64,000 bases of DNA, from assembly GCA_964035545.1 (NCBI GenBank), contig OZ037768.1, positions 14,951,675-15,015,674 of the forward strand, in the 5' to 3' direction. A program made the position numbers and the translations under genes. The stretch comes from Bugula neritina. Its lineage: Eukaryota; Animalia; Bryozoa. The notes under the pieces are model-generated. The model was not told where the DNA came from, made no database searches, and saw only the letters and a list, made by a program, of their open reading frames with translations. Below are positions 49,001 to 62,500 of this stretch, piece by piece (position 1 is the first letter of the stretch; each line of letters starts with the position of its first letter).

Positions 49001-52000
49001 TACACTGCGACATACTGAAATACACTGCGACATACTGCAACATACTGAAAAACGCTGTAACATATTGAAATACACTGCAACACATTGAAATATTCCGCAA
49101 CATACCGAGATATATGGTAAGCTAATGAGATATACTGTAACACGTTGAAGTACACTGCAACATACTGAAATACACTGCAACACACTAAATTATACTGTAA
49201 TTTACAGAAATGTACTGCAACATACTGAAATATACTGCAAGATACTGCAACATACTGAAATACACTGTAACATACTGAAATACACTGCAACATACTGAAA
49301 TATACTGCATGATACTGCAACATACTGATACACATTGTAAGATACTGAAATGCACTGCAACATACTGAAATATACTGCATGATACTGCAACATACTCATA
49401 CACATTGTAAGATACTGAAATACACTGCAACATACCGCAACATACTGCAACGTATTGAATTACACTGTAACATATTGAAAAACACTGCAACACATTGAAA
49501 CATACTGCAACATACTGAAACATACGGCAACATACTGAAATATACTGCGACACATTGAAATATAGTGCAACATACTGAAATATGCTGTAGCATACTGAAA
49601 TACACTGCAATACACTGAAGTATACTGTAATATACAGAAACGTACTGTAACATACTGAAACATACGGCAACATACTACAATATACTGTGACACATTGAAG
49701 TATACTGCAACATACTGAAATACACCGTAACATACTGAAGTACACTGCAACATACTGAAATACACTGTAACATATTGAAATACACTGCAACACACTGAAA
49801 TATACTGAAACATACAGAAATATATGGTAACCTACTGAAATATGTTGCAAACCACTGAAACATACTGCATCATCCTGCAACAAAATGAAATTTACGGTAA
49901 CACTGAAGCATACTGCAATATACTGAAATATACTGTAACATACTAAGACATACTGCAACATACCGAAAAATATGGTAACCTACTGAAATATGTTACAAAC
50001 TACTCAAAACATACTGCAACATACTGCAACATAATGAAATATACTGCAACAAACTGAAAGATACTGCAACATACTGAAATACACTATAGAATACCCAAAT
50101 ATACTGCAACATACTGAAATATACTGCAAGATACTGCAAAATACTGAAGTACATTGTAAGATACCTAAATACACTGCAACATACTGCAACATACTGCAAC
50201 ATATTGAAATACACTGTAACATATTGAAAAACAGTGCAACACATTGAAATATACCGCAACATACCGAAGTATATGGTAGCCTACTGAAATATACTGCGAC
50301 ATACTGAAATACACTGTAACGTACCGAAATACACTGCAACATACTGAAATACACTGTAACAGATTAAAATACACTGCAACACACTGAAATATACTGAAAC
50401 ATACTGAAATATATGGTAACCCACTGAATTCTGTTGCAGACCACTGAAATATACTGCAACATACTGCAACATAATGAATAATACTGCAACATACTGAAAA
50501 ATACTGCAAGATACTGCAACATACTGATACACATTGTAAGATACTGAAATACACTGCAACATACCGCAACATACTGCAACGTATTGAAATACACTGTAAC
50601 ATATTGAAAAACACTGCAACACATTGAAATATACTGCAACATACTGAAACATACGGCAACATACTGAAATATACTGCGACACATTGAAATATAGTGCAAC
50701 ATACTGAAATATGCTGTAGCATACTGAAATACACTGCAATACACTGAAATATACTGTAATATACAGATTCGTACTGTAACATACTGAAACATACGGCAAC
50801 ATACTAAAATATACTGCGACACATTGAAATATACTGCAACATACTGAAATACACCGTAACATACTAAACTCCACTGCAACATTCTGAAATACACTGTAAC
50901 ACATTGAAATACACTGCAACACAGGGAATTATACTTTAATACATTGTAAGATACGGAAACACACTGCAACATACTGTAACATAATGAAATATAAGGTAAC
51001 CTACTGAAATATGTTGAAAACTACTGAAATATACTGCAATATAATGCAACATAATGAAAGATACTTAACATACTGAAATAAACCGCAAGATACTGCAACA
51101 TACTGAAATACACTGTAACACACTGAAGTATACTGTAATATACAGAAATGTACTGTAAAATACTGAAATATACTTCAACATACTGAAAAATACCTAAAAA
51201 TATTGAAACATACTGATATACACTGAAACATACTGAAATACACTGCAACACATTGGAATATACTGCAACATACCGAAATATATGGTAACCTACTGAAGTA
51301 TGTTGCAAACTACTGAAATATACTGCAACATACTGAAATACGCCGTAACATACCGAAATACACTGCAACATACTGAAATACACTGTAACATATTGAAATA
51401 CACTGCGACATACTGCAACATACTGAAAAACGCTGTAACATATTGAAATACACTGCAACACATTGAAATATTCCGCAACATACCGAAATATATGGTAACC
51501 TAATGAGATATACTGTAACACGTTGAAGTACACTGCAACATACTGAAATACACTGCAACACACTAAATTATACTGTAATTTACAGAAATGTACTGCAACA
51601 TACTGGAATATACTGCAAGATACTGCAACATACTGAAATACACTGTAACATACTGCAATACACTGCAACATACTGAAATATACTGCATGATACTGCAACA
51701 TACTGATACACATTGTAAGATACTGAAATGCACTGCAACATACTGAAATATACTGCATGATACTGCAACATACTCATACACATTGTAAGATACTGAAATA
51801 CACGGCAACAAACCGCAACATACTGCAACGTATTGAAATACACTGTAACATATTGAAAAACACTGCAACACATTGAAATATACTGCAACATACTGAAACA
51901 TACGGCAACATACTGAAATGTACTGCGACACATTGAAATATAGTGCAACATACTGAAATATGCTGTAGCATACTGAAATACACTGCAATACACTGAAGTA

Positions 52001-55000
52001 TACTGTAATATACAGAATTGTACTGTAACATACTGAAACATACGGTAACATACTAAAATATACTGCGACACATTGAAATATACTGCAACATACTGAAATA
52101 CACCGTAACATACTGAAATACACTGCAACATACTGAAATACACTGTAACATACTGAAATACACTGCAACACACTGAAATATACTGAAACATACCGAAATA
52201 TATGGTAACCTACTGAAATATGTTGCAAACCACTGAAACATACTGCATCATCCTGCAACAAAATGAAATATACGGTAACACTGAAGCATACTGCAATATA
52301 CTGAAATATACTGTAACATACTAAGACATACTGCAACATACCGAAAAGTATGGTAACCTACTGAAATATGTTACAAACTACTGAAACATACTGCAACATA
52401 CTGCAACATAATAAAATATACTGCAACATAATGACATATACTGCTACATACTGAAAGATACTGCAAGTTACTGCAAAATACTGAAACACATTGTAAGATA
52501 CCTAAATACACTGCAACATACTGCAACATACTGCAACATATTGAAATACACGGTAACATATTGAAAAACACTGCAACACATTGAAATATACCGCAACATA
52601 CCGAAGTATATGGTAGCCTACTGAAATATGCTGCGACATACTGAAATACACTGTAACGTACTGAAATACACTGCAACATACTGAAATACACTGTAACATA
52701 TTAAAATACACTGCAACACACTGAAATATACTGTAACATACCGAAATATATGGTAACCCACTGAAATATGTTACAAACCACTGAAATATACTGCAACATA
52801 CTGCAACATAATGAAGTATACTGCAACAGACTATAATATACTGCAACATACTGAAATACACTGTAACATATTGAAATACACTGCAACACACTGAAATATA
52901 TTGAAACATACCGAAATATATGGTAACCTACTGAAATATGTTGCAAACCACTGAAACATACTGCATCATCCTTCAACAAAATGAAGTATACGGTAACACT
53001 GAAGCATACTGCAACATACTGTAACATACTAAGACATACTGCAACATACCAACAAATATGGTAACCTACTGAAATATGTTACAAACTATTGAAATATACT
53101 GCAGCATACTGCAACATAATGAAATATACTGCAACATACTGAAAGATACTGCAACATACTGAAATACACTATAGAATACCGAAATATACTGCAACATACT
53201 GAAATATACTGCAAGATACTGCAAAATACTGAAATACATTGTAAGATACCTAAATACACTGCAACATACTGCAACATACTGCAACATATTGAAATACACT
53301 GTAACATATTGAAAAACACTGCCACACATTGAAATATACCGCAACATACCGAAGTATATGGTAGCCTACTGAAATATACTGCGACATACTGAAATACACT
53401 GTAACATACTAAAATACACTGCAACATACTGAAATACACTGTAACATATTAAAATACACTGCAACACACTGAAATATACTGTAACATACCGAAATATATG
53501 GTAACCCACTGAAATATGTTACAAACCACTGAAATATACTGCAACATACTGCAACATAATGAAGTATACTGCAACAGACTATAATATACTGCAACATACT
53601 GAAATACACTGTAACATATTGAAATACACTGCAACACACTGAAATATATTGAAACATACCGAAATATATGGTAACCTACTGAAATATGTTGCAAACCACT
53701 GAAACATACTGCATCATCCTGCAACAAAATGAAGTATACGGTAACACTGAAGCATACTGCAACATACTGTAACATACTAAGACATACTGCAACATACCAA
53801 CAAATATGGTAACCTACTGAAATATGTTACAAACTATTGAAATATACTGCAGCATACTGCAACATAATGAAATATACTGCAACATACTGAAAGATACTGC
53901 AACATACTGAAATACACTATAGAATGCCGAAATATACTGCAACATACTGAAATATACTGCAAGATACTGCAAAATACTGAAATACATTGTAAGATACCTA
54001 AATACACTGCAACATACTGCAACATACTGCAACATATTGAAATACACTGTAACATATTGAAAAACACTGCCACACATTGAAATATACCGCAACATACCGA
54101 AGTATATGGTAGCCTACTGAAATATACTGCGACATACTGAAATACACTGTAACATACTAAAATACACTGCAACATACTGAAATACACTGTAACATATTAA
54201 AATACACTGCAACACACTGAAATATACTGAAACATACCGAAATATATGGTAACCCACTGAAATATGTTGCAAACCACTGAAATATACTGCAACATACTGC
54301 AACATAATGAAGTATACTGCAACAGACTGAAATATACGGCAAGAAACTGCAACACACTGAAATACACTGTAACATACTGAAGTACACCGCAACATACTGA
54401 AATATACTGCATGATACTGCAACATACTGATACACATTGTAAGATACTGAAATACACTGCAACATACCGCAACATACTGCAACGTATTGAAATACACTGT
54501 AACATATTGAAAAACACTGCAACACATTGAAATATACTGCAACATACTGAAACATACGGCAACATACTGAAATATACTGCGACACATTGAAATATAGTGC
54601 AACATACTGAAATATGCTGTAGCATACTGAAATACACTGCAATACACTGAAGTATACTGTAATATACAGATTCGTACTGTAACATACTGAAACATACGGC
54701 AACATACTAAAATATACTGCGACACATTGAAAGATACTGCAACATACTGAAATACACCGTAACATACTAAACTCCACTGCGACATTTTGAAATACACTGT
54801 AACACATTAAAATACACTGCAACACATTGAATTATACTGAAATACATTGTAGGATACTGAAATACACTGCAAGATAATGCAACATAATGGAATATATGGT
54901 AACCTACTGAAATATGTTGAAAACTACTGAAATATACTGCAACATAATGCAACATAGTGAAAGATACTGCAACATACTGATATAAACTGCAAGATACTGC

Positions 55001-55780
55001 AACATACTGAAATACACTGCAACACACTGAAGTATACTGTAATATACAGAAATGTACTGTAAAATACTGAAATATACTTCAACATACTGAAAACTACCTA
55101 AAAACATTGAAACATACTGATATACACTGAAACATACTGAAATACACTGCAACACATTGGAATATACTGCAACATACTGAAATATATGGTAACCTACTGA
55201 AGTATGTTGCAAACAACTGAAATATACTGCAACATACTGAAATACAGCGTAACATACTGAAATACACTGCAACATACTGAAATACACTGTAACATATTGA
55301 AATACACTGCAACACACTGAAATATACTGAAACATACCGCAATACATGGTAACCTACTGTAATATGTTGCAAACCACTGAAACATACTGCATCATCCTGC
55401 AACAAAATGAAATATACGGTAACACTGAAGCATACTGCAATATACTGAGATATACTGTAACATACTAAGACATACTGCAACATACCGAAAAATATGGTAA
55501 CCTACTGAAATATGTTACAAACTACTGAAACATACTGCAACATACTGCAACATAATGAAATATACTGCAACATACTGAAAGATACTGCAACATAATGCAA
55601 CATACTGAAATACACTATAGAATATTGAAATATACTGCAACATACTGAAATATACAGCAAGATACTGCGAAATACTGAAATACATAGTAAGATACCTAAA
55701 TACACTGCAACATACTGCAACATACTGCAACATATTGAAATACACTGTAACATATTGAAAAACACTGCAACACATTGAAA
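39500..55780 (+). repeat. Higher-order tandem duplication, period 7750 bp (1728+2378+718+1678+1248); the offset becomes 8498 after the nested 748-bp duplication
   Basis: Offsets 39767/47517, 40515/48265, 42243/49993, 43271/51021 and 45316/53066 are 7750. Offsets 45616/54114 and 47004/55502 are 8498. Both copies carry the indels at 42255/50005 and 43316/51066 and the variant CATCATGC (41141/48891). Confidence 0.92.
52664..54229 (+). repeat. Nested 748-bp tandem duplication
   Basis: Offsets 52701/53449 and 53066/53814 are 748. CAGACTATAAT, ACCAACAAAT and GCCACAC are each doubled here but single in the paralogous blocks at about 45000-45700 and 61950-62650. Confidence 0.92.
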
Positions 55781-56929
55781 TATACCGCAACACACCAAAG
55801 TATATGGTAGCCTACTGAAATATACTGCGACATACTGAAATACACTGTAACGTATTGAAATACACTGCAACATACTGAAATACACTGTAACATATTAAAA
55901 TACACTGCAACACACTGAAATATACTGAAACATACTGAAATACGCCGTAACATACTGAAATACATTGCAACATACTGAAATACGCTGTAACAAATTGAAA
56001 TACACTGCAACACACTGAAATATACTGAAACATACCGAAATATAAGGTAACCTACTGAAATATGTTGAAAACTACTGAAATATACTGCAACATAATGCAA
56101 CATTATGAAAGATACTGCAACATACTGATACACATTGTAAGATACTGAAATACACTGCAACATACCGCAACACACTGCAACGTATTGAAATACACTGTAA
56201 CATATTGAAAAACACTGCAACACATTGAAATTAACTGCAACATACTGAAACATACGGCAACATACTGAAATATACTGCGACACATTGAAATATAGTGCAA
56301 CATACTGAAATATGCTGTAGCATACTGAAATACACTGCAATACACTGAAATATACTGTAATATACAGATTCGTACTGTAACATACTGAAACATACGGCAA
56401 CATACTAAAATATACTGCGACACATTGAAATATACTGCAACATACTGAAATACACCGTAACATACTAAACTCCACTGCAACATTCTGAAATACACTGTAA
56501 CACATTGAAATACACTGCAACACAGGGAATTATACTTTAATACATTGTAAGATACGGAAACACACTGCAACATACTGTAACATAATGAAATATAAGGTAA
56601 CCTACTGAAATATGTTGAAAACTACTGAAATATACTGCAATATAATGCAACATAATGAAAGATACTTAACATACTGAAATAAACCGCAAGATACTGCAAC
56701 ATACTGAAATACACTGTAACACACTGAAGTATACTGTAATATACAGAAATGTACTGTAAAATACTGAAATATACTTCAACATACTGAAAAATACCTAAAA
56801 ATATTGAAACATACTGATATACACTGAAACATACTGAAATACACTGCAACACATTGGAATATACTGCAACATACCGAAATATATGGTAACCTACTGAAGT
56901 ATGTTGCAAACTACTGAAATATACTGCAT

Positions 56930-59500
56930 CATCCTGCAACAAAATGAAATATACGGTAACACTGAAGCATACTGCAATATACTGAAATATACTGTAACAT
57001 ACTAAGACATACTGCATCATACCGAAAAATATGGTAACCTACTGAAATATGTTACAAACTACTGAAACATACTGCAACATACTGCAACATAATGAAATAT
57101 ACTGCAACATAATGAAATATACTGCAACATACTGAAAGATACTGCAAGTTACTGCAAAATACTGAAATACATTGTAAGATACCTAAATACACTGCAACAT
57201 ACTGCAACATTTTGAAATACACGGTAACATATTGAAAAACACTGCAACACATTGAAATATACCGCAACATACCGAAGTATATGGTAGCCTACTGAAATAT
57301 GCTGCGACATACTGAAATACACTGTAACGTACTGAAATACACTGCAACATACTGAAATACACTGTAACATATTAAAATACACTGCAACACACTGAAATAT
57401 ACTGAAACATACCGAAATATATGGTAACCCACTGAAATATGTTGCAAACCACTGAAATATACTGCAACATACTGCAACATAATGAAGTATACTGCAACAG
57501 ACTGAAATATACTGCAACATACTGAAATACACTGTAACATATTGAAATACACTGCAACACACTGAAATATACTGAAACGTACCGAAATATATGGTAACCT
57601 ACTGAAATATGTTGCAAACCACTGAAACATACTGCATCATCCTGCAACAAAATGAAGTATACGGTAACACTGAAGCATACTGCAACATACTGTAACATAC
57701 TAAGACATACTGCAACATACCGAAAAATATGGTAACCTACTGAAATATGTTACAAACTATTGAAATATACTGCAGCATACCGCAACATAATGAAATATAC
57801 TGCAACATACTGAAAGATACTGCAACATACTGAAATACACTATAGAATACCGAAATATACTGCAACATACTGAAATATACTGCAAGATACTGCAAAATAC
57901 TGAAATACATTGTAAGATACCTAAATACACTGCAACATACTGCAACATACTGCAACATATTGAAATACACTGTAACATATTGAAAAACACTGCAACACAT
58001 TGAAATATACCGCAACATACCGAAGTATATGGTAGCCTACTGAAATATACTGCGACACATTGAGATATAGTGCAACATACTGAAATATGCTGTAGCATAC
58101 TGAAATACACTGCAATACACTGAAGTATACTGTAATATACAGAAACGTACTGTAACATACTGAAACATACGGCAACATACTACAATATACTGTGACACAT
58201 TGAAGTATACTGCAACATACTGAAATACACCGTAACATACTGAAATACGCTGCAACATACTGAAATACACTGTCACATATTAAAATACACTGCAACACAC
58301 TGAAATATACTGAAACATACCGAAATATATCGTAACCTACTGAAATATGTTGCAAACCACTGAAACATACTGCATCATCCTGCAACAAAATGAAATATAC
58401 GGTAACACTGAAGCATACTGCAATATACTGAAATATACTGTAACGTACTAAGACATACTGCAACATACCGAAAAATATGGTAACCTACTGAAATATGTTA
58501 CAAACTACTGAAACATACTGCAACATACTGCAACATAATGAAATATACTGCAACATAATGAAATATACTGCAACATACTGAAAGATACTGCAAGTTACTG
58601 CAAAATACTGAAATACATTGTAAGATACCTAAATACACTGCAACATACTGCAACATATTGAAATACACGGTAACATATTGAAAAACACTGCAACACATTG
58701 AAATATACCGCAACATACCGAAGTATATGGTAGCCTACTGAAATATGCTGCGACATACTGAAATACACTGTAACGTACTGAAATACACTGCAACATACTG
58801 AAATACACTGTAACATATTAAAATACACTGCAACACACTGAAAGATACTGAAACATACCGAAATATATGGTAACCCACTGAAATATGTTGCAAACCACTG
58901 AAATATACTGCAACATACTGCAACATAATGAAGTATACTGCAACAGACTGAAATATACTGCAACATACTGAAATACACTGTAACATATTGAAATACACTG
59001 CAACACACTGAAATATACTGAAACATACCGAAATATATGGTAACCTACTGAAATATGTTGCAAACCACTGAAACATACTGCATCATCCTGCAACAAAATG
59101 AAGTATACGGTAACACTGAAGCATACTGCAACATACTGTAACATACTAAGACATACTGCAACATACCGAAAAATATGGCAACCTACTGAAATATGTTACA
59201 AACTATTGAAATATACTGCAGCATACTGCAACATAATGAAATATACTGCAACATACTGAAAGATACTGCAACATACTGAAATACACTATAGAATACCGAA
59301 ATATACTGCAACATACTGAAATATACTGCAAGATACTGCAAAATACTGAAATACATTGTAAGATACCTAAATACACTGCAACATACTGCAACATACTGCA
59401 ACATATTGAAATACACTGTAACATATTGAAAAACACTGCAACACATTGAAATATACCGCAACATACCGAAGTATATGGTAGCCTACTGAAATATACTGCG
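56930..59500 (+). repeat. Tandem duplication, period 1446 bp (708+738), about 1.8 copies
   Basis: Offsets 57052/58498, 57372/58818 and 57737/59183 are 1446. The copies diverge after GCGAC (about 58052 versus 59498). Confidence 0.88.
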
Positions 59501-62500
59501 ACATACTGAAATACACTGTAACAAACCGAAATACACTGCAACATACTGAAATACACTGTAACAGATTAAAATACACTGCAACACACTGAAATATACTGAA
59601 ACATACTGAAATATATGGTAACCCACTGAATTCTGTTGCAGACCACTGAAATATACTGCAACATACTGCAACATAATGAATAATACTGCAACATACTGAA
59701 AAATACTGCAAGATACTGCAACATACTGATACACATTGTAAGATACTGAAATACACTGCAACATACCGCAACATACTGCAACGTATTGAAATACACTGTA
59801 ACATATTGAAAAACACTGCAACACATTGAAATATACTGCAACATACTGAAACATACCGCAACATACTGAAATATACTGCGACACATTGAAATATAGTGCA
59901 ACATACTGAAATATGCTGTAGCATACTGAAATACACTGCAATACACTGAAATATACTGTAATATACAGATTCGTACTGTAACATACTGAAACATACGGCA
60001 ACATACTAAAATATACTGCGACACATTGAAATATACTGCAACATACTGAAATACACCGTAACATACTAAACTCCACTGCAACATTCTGAAATACACTGTA
60101 ACACATTGAAATACACTGCAACACAGGGAATTATACTTTAATACATTGTAAGATACGGAAACACACTGCAACATACTGTAACATAATGAAATATAAGGTA
60201 ACCTACTGAAATATGTTGAAAACTACTGAAATATACTGCAATATAATGCAACATAATGAAAGATACTTAACATACTGAAATAAACCGCAAGATACTGCAA
60301 CATACTGAAATACACTGTAACACACTGAAGTATACTGTAATATACAGAAATGTACTGTAAAATACTGAAATATACTTCAACATACTGAAAAATACCTAAA
60401 AATATTGAAACATACTGATATACACTGAAACATACTGAAATACACTGCAACACATTGGAATATACTGCAACATACCGAAATATATGGTAACCTACTGAAG
60501 TATGTTGCAAACTACTGAAATATACTGCAACATACTGAAATACGCCGTAACATACCGAAATACACTGCAACATACTGAAATACACTGTAACATATTGAAA
60601 TACACTGCGACATACTGCAACATACTGAAAAACGCTGTAACATATTGAAATACACTGCAACACATTGAAATATTCCGCAACATACCGAAATATATGGTAA
60701 CCTAATGAGATATACTGTAACACGTTGAAGTACACTGCAACATACTGAAATACACTGCAACACACTAAATTATACTGTAATTAACAGAAATGTACTGCAA
60801 CATACTGGAATATACTGCAAGATACTGCAACATACTGAAATACACTGTAACATACTGCAATACACTGCAACATACTGAAATATACTGCATGATACTGCAA
60901 CATACTGATACACATTGTAAGATACTGAAATGCACTGCAACATACTGAAATATACTGCATGATACTGCAACATACTCATACACATTGTAAGATACTGAAA
61001 TACACGGCAACAAACCGCAACATACTGCAACGTATTGAAATACACTGTAACATATTGAAAAACACTGCAACACATTGAAATATACTGCAACATACTGAAA
61101 CATACGGCAACATACTGAAATGTACTGCGACACATTGAAATATAGTGCAACATACTGAAATATGCTGTAGCATACTGAAATACACTGCAATACACTGAAG
61201 TATACTGTAATATACAGAATTGTACTGTAACATACTGAAACATACGGTAACATACTAAAATATACTGTGACACATTGAAATATACTGCAACATACTGAAA
61301 TACACCGTAACATACTGAAATACACTGCAACATACTGAAATACACTGTAACATACTGAAATACACTGCAACACACTGAAATATACTGAAACATACCGAAA
61401 TATATGGTAACCTACTGAAATATGTTGCAAACCACTGAAACATACTGCATCATCCTGCAACAAAATGAAATATACGGTAACACTGAAGCATACTGCAATA
61501 TACTGAAATATACTGTAACATACTAAGACATACTGCAACATACCGAAAAGTATGGTAACCTACTGAAATATGTTACAAACTACTGAAACATACTGCAACA
61601 TACTGCAACATAATAAAATATACTGCAACATAATGACATATACTGCTACATACTGAAAGATACTGCAAGTTACTGCAAAATACTGAAACACATTGTAAGA
61701 TACCTAAATACACTGCAACATACTGCAACATACTGCAACATATTGAAATACACGGTAACATATTGAAAAACACTGCAACACATTGAAATATACCGCAACA
61801 TACCGAAGTATATGGTAGCCTACTGAAATATGCTGCGACATACTGAAATACACTGTAACGTACTGAAATACACTGCAACATACTGAAATACACTGTAACA
61901 TATTAAAATACACTGCAACACACTGAAATATACTGTAACATACCGAAATATATGGTAACCCACTGAAATATGTTACAAACCACTGAAATATACTGCAACA
62001 TACTGCAACATAATGAAGTATACTGCAACAGACTATAATATACTGCAACATACTGAAATACACTGTAACATATTGAAATACACTGCAACACACTGAAATA
62101 TATTGAAACATACCGAAATATATGGTAACCTACTGAAATATGTTGCAAACCACTGAAACATACTGCATCATCCTGCAACAAAATGAAGTATACGGTAACA
62201 CTGAAGCATACTGCAACATACTGTAACATACTAAGACATACTGCAACATACCAACAAATATGGTAACCTACTGAAATATGTTACAAACTATTGAAATATA
62301 CTGCAGCATACTGCAACATAATGAAATATACTGCAACATACTGAAAGATACTGCAACATACTGAAATACACTATAGAATACCGAAATATACTGCAACATA
62401 CTGAAATATACTGCAAGATACTGCAAAATACTGAAAAACATTGTAAGATACCTAAATACACTGCAACATACTGCAACATACTGCAACATATTGAAATACA

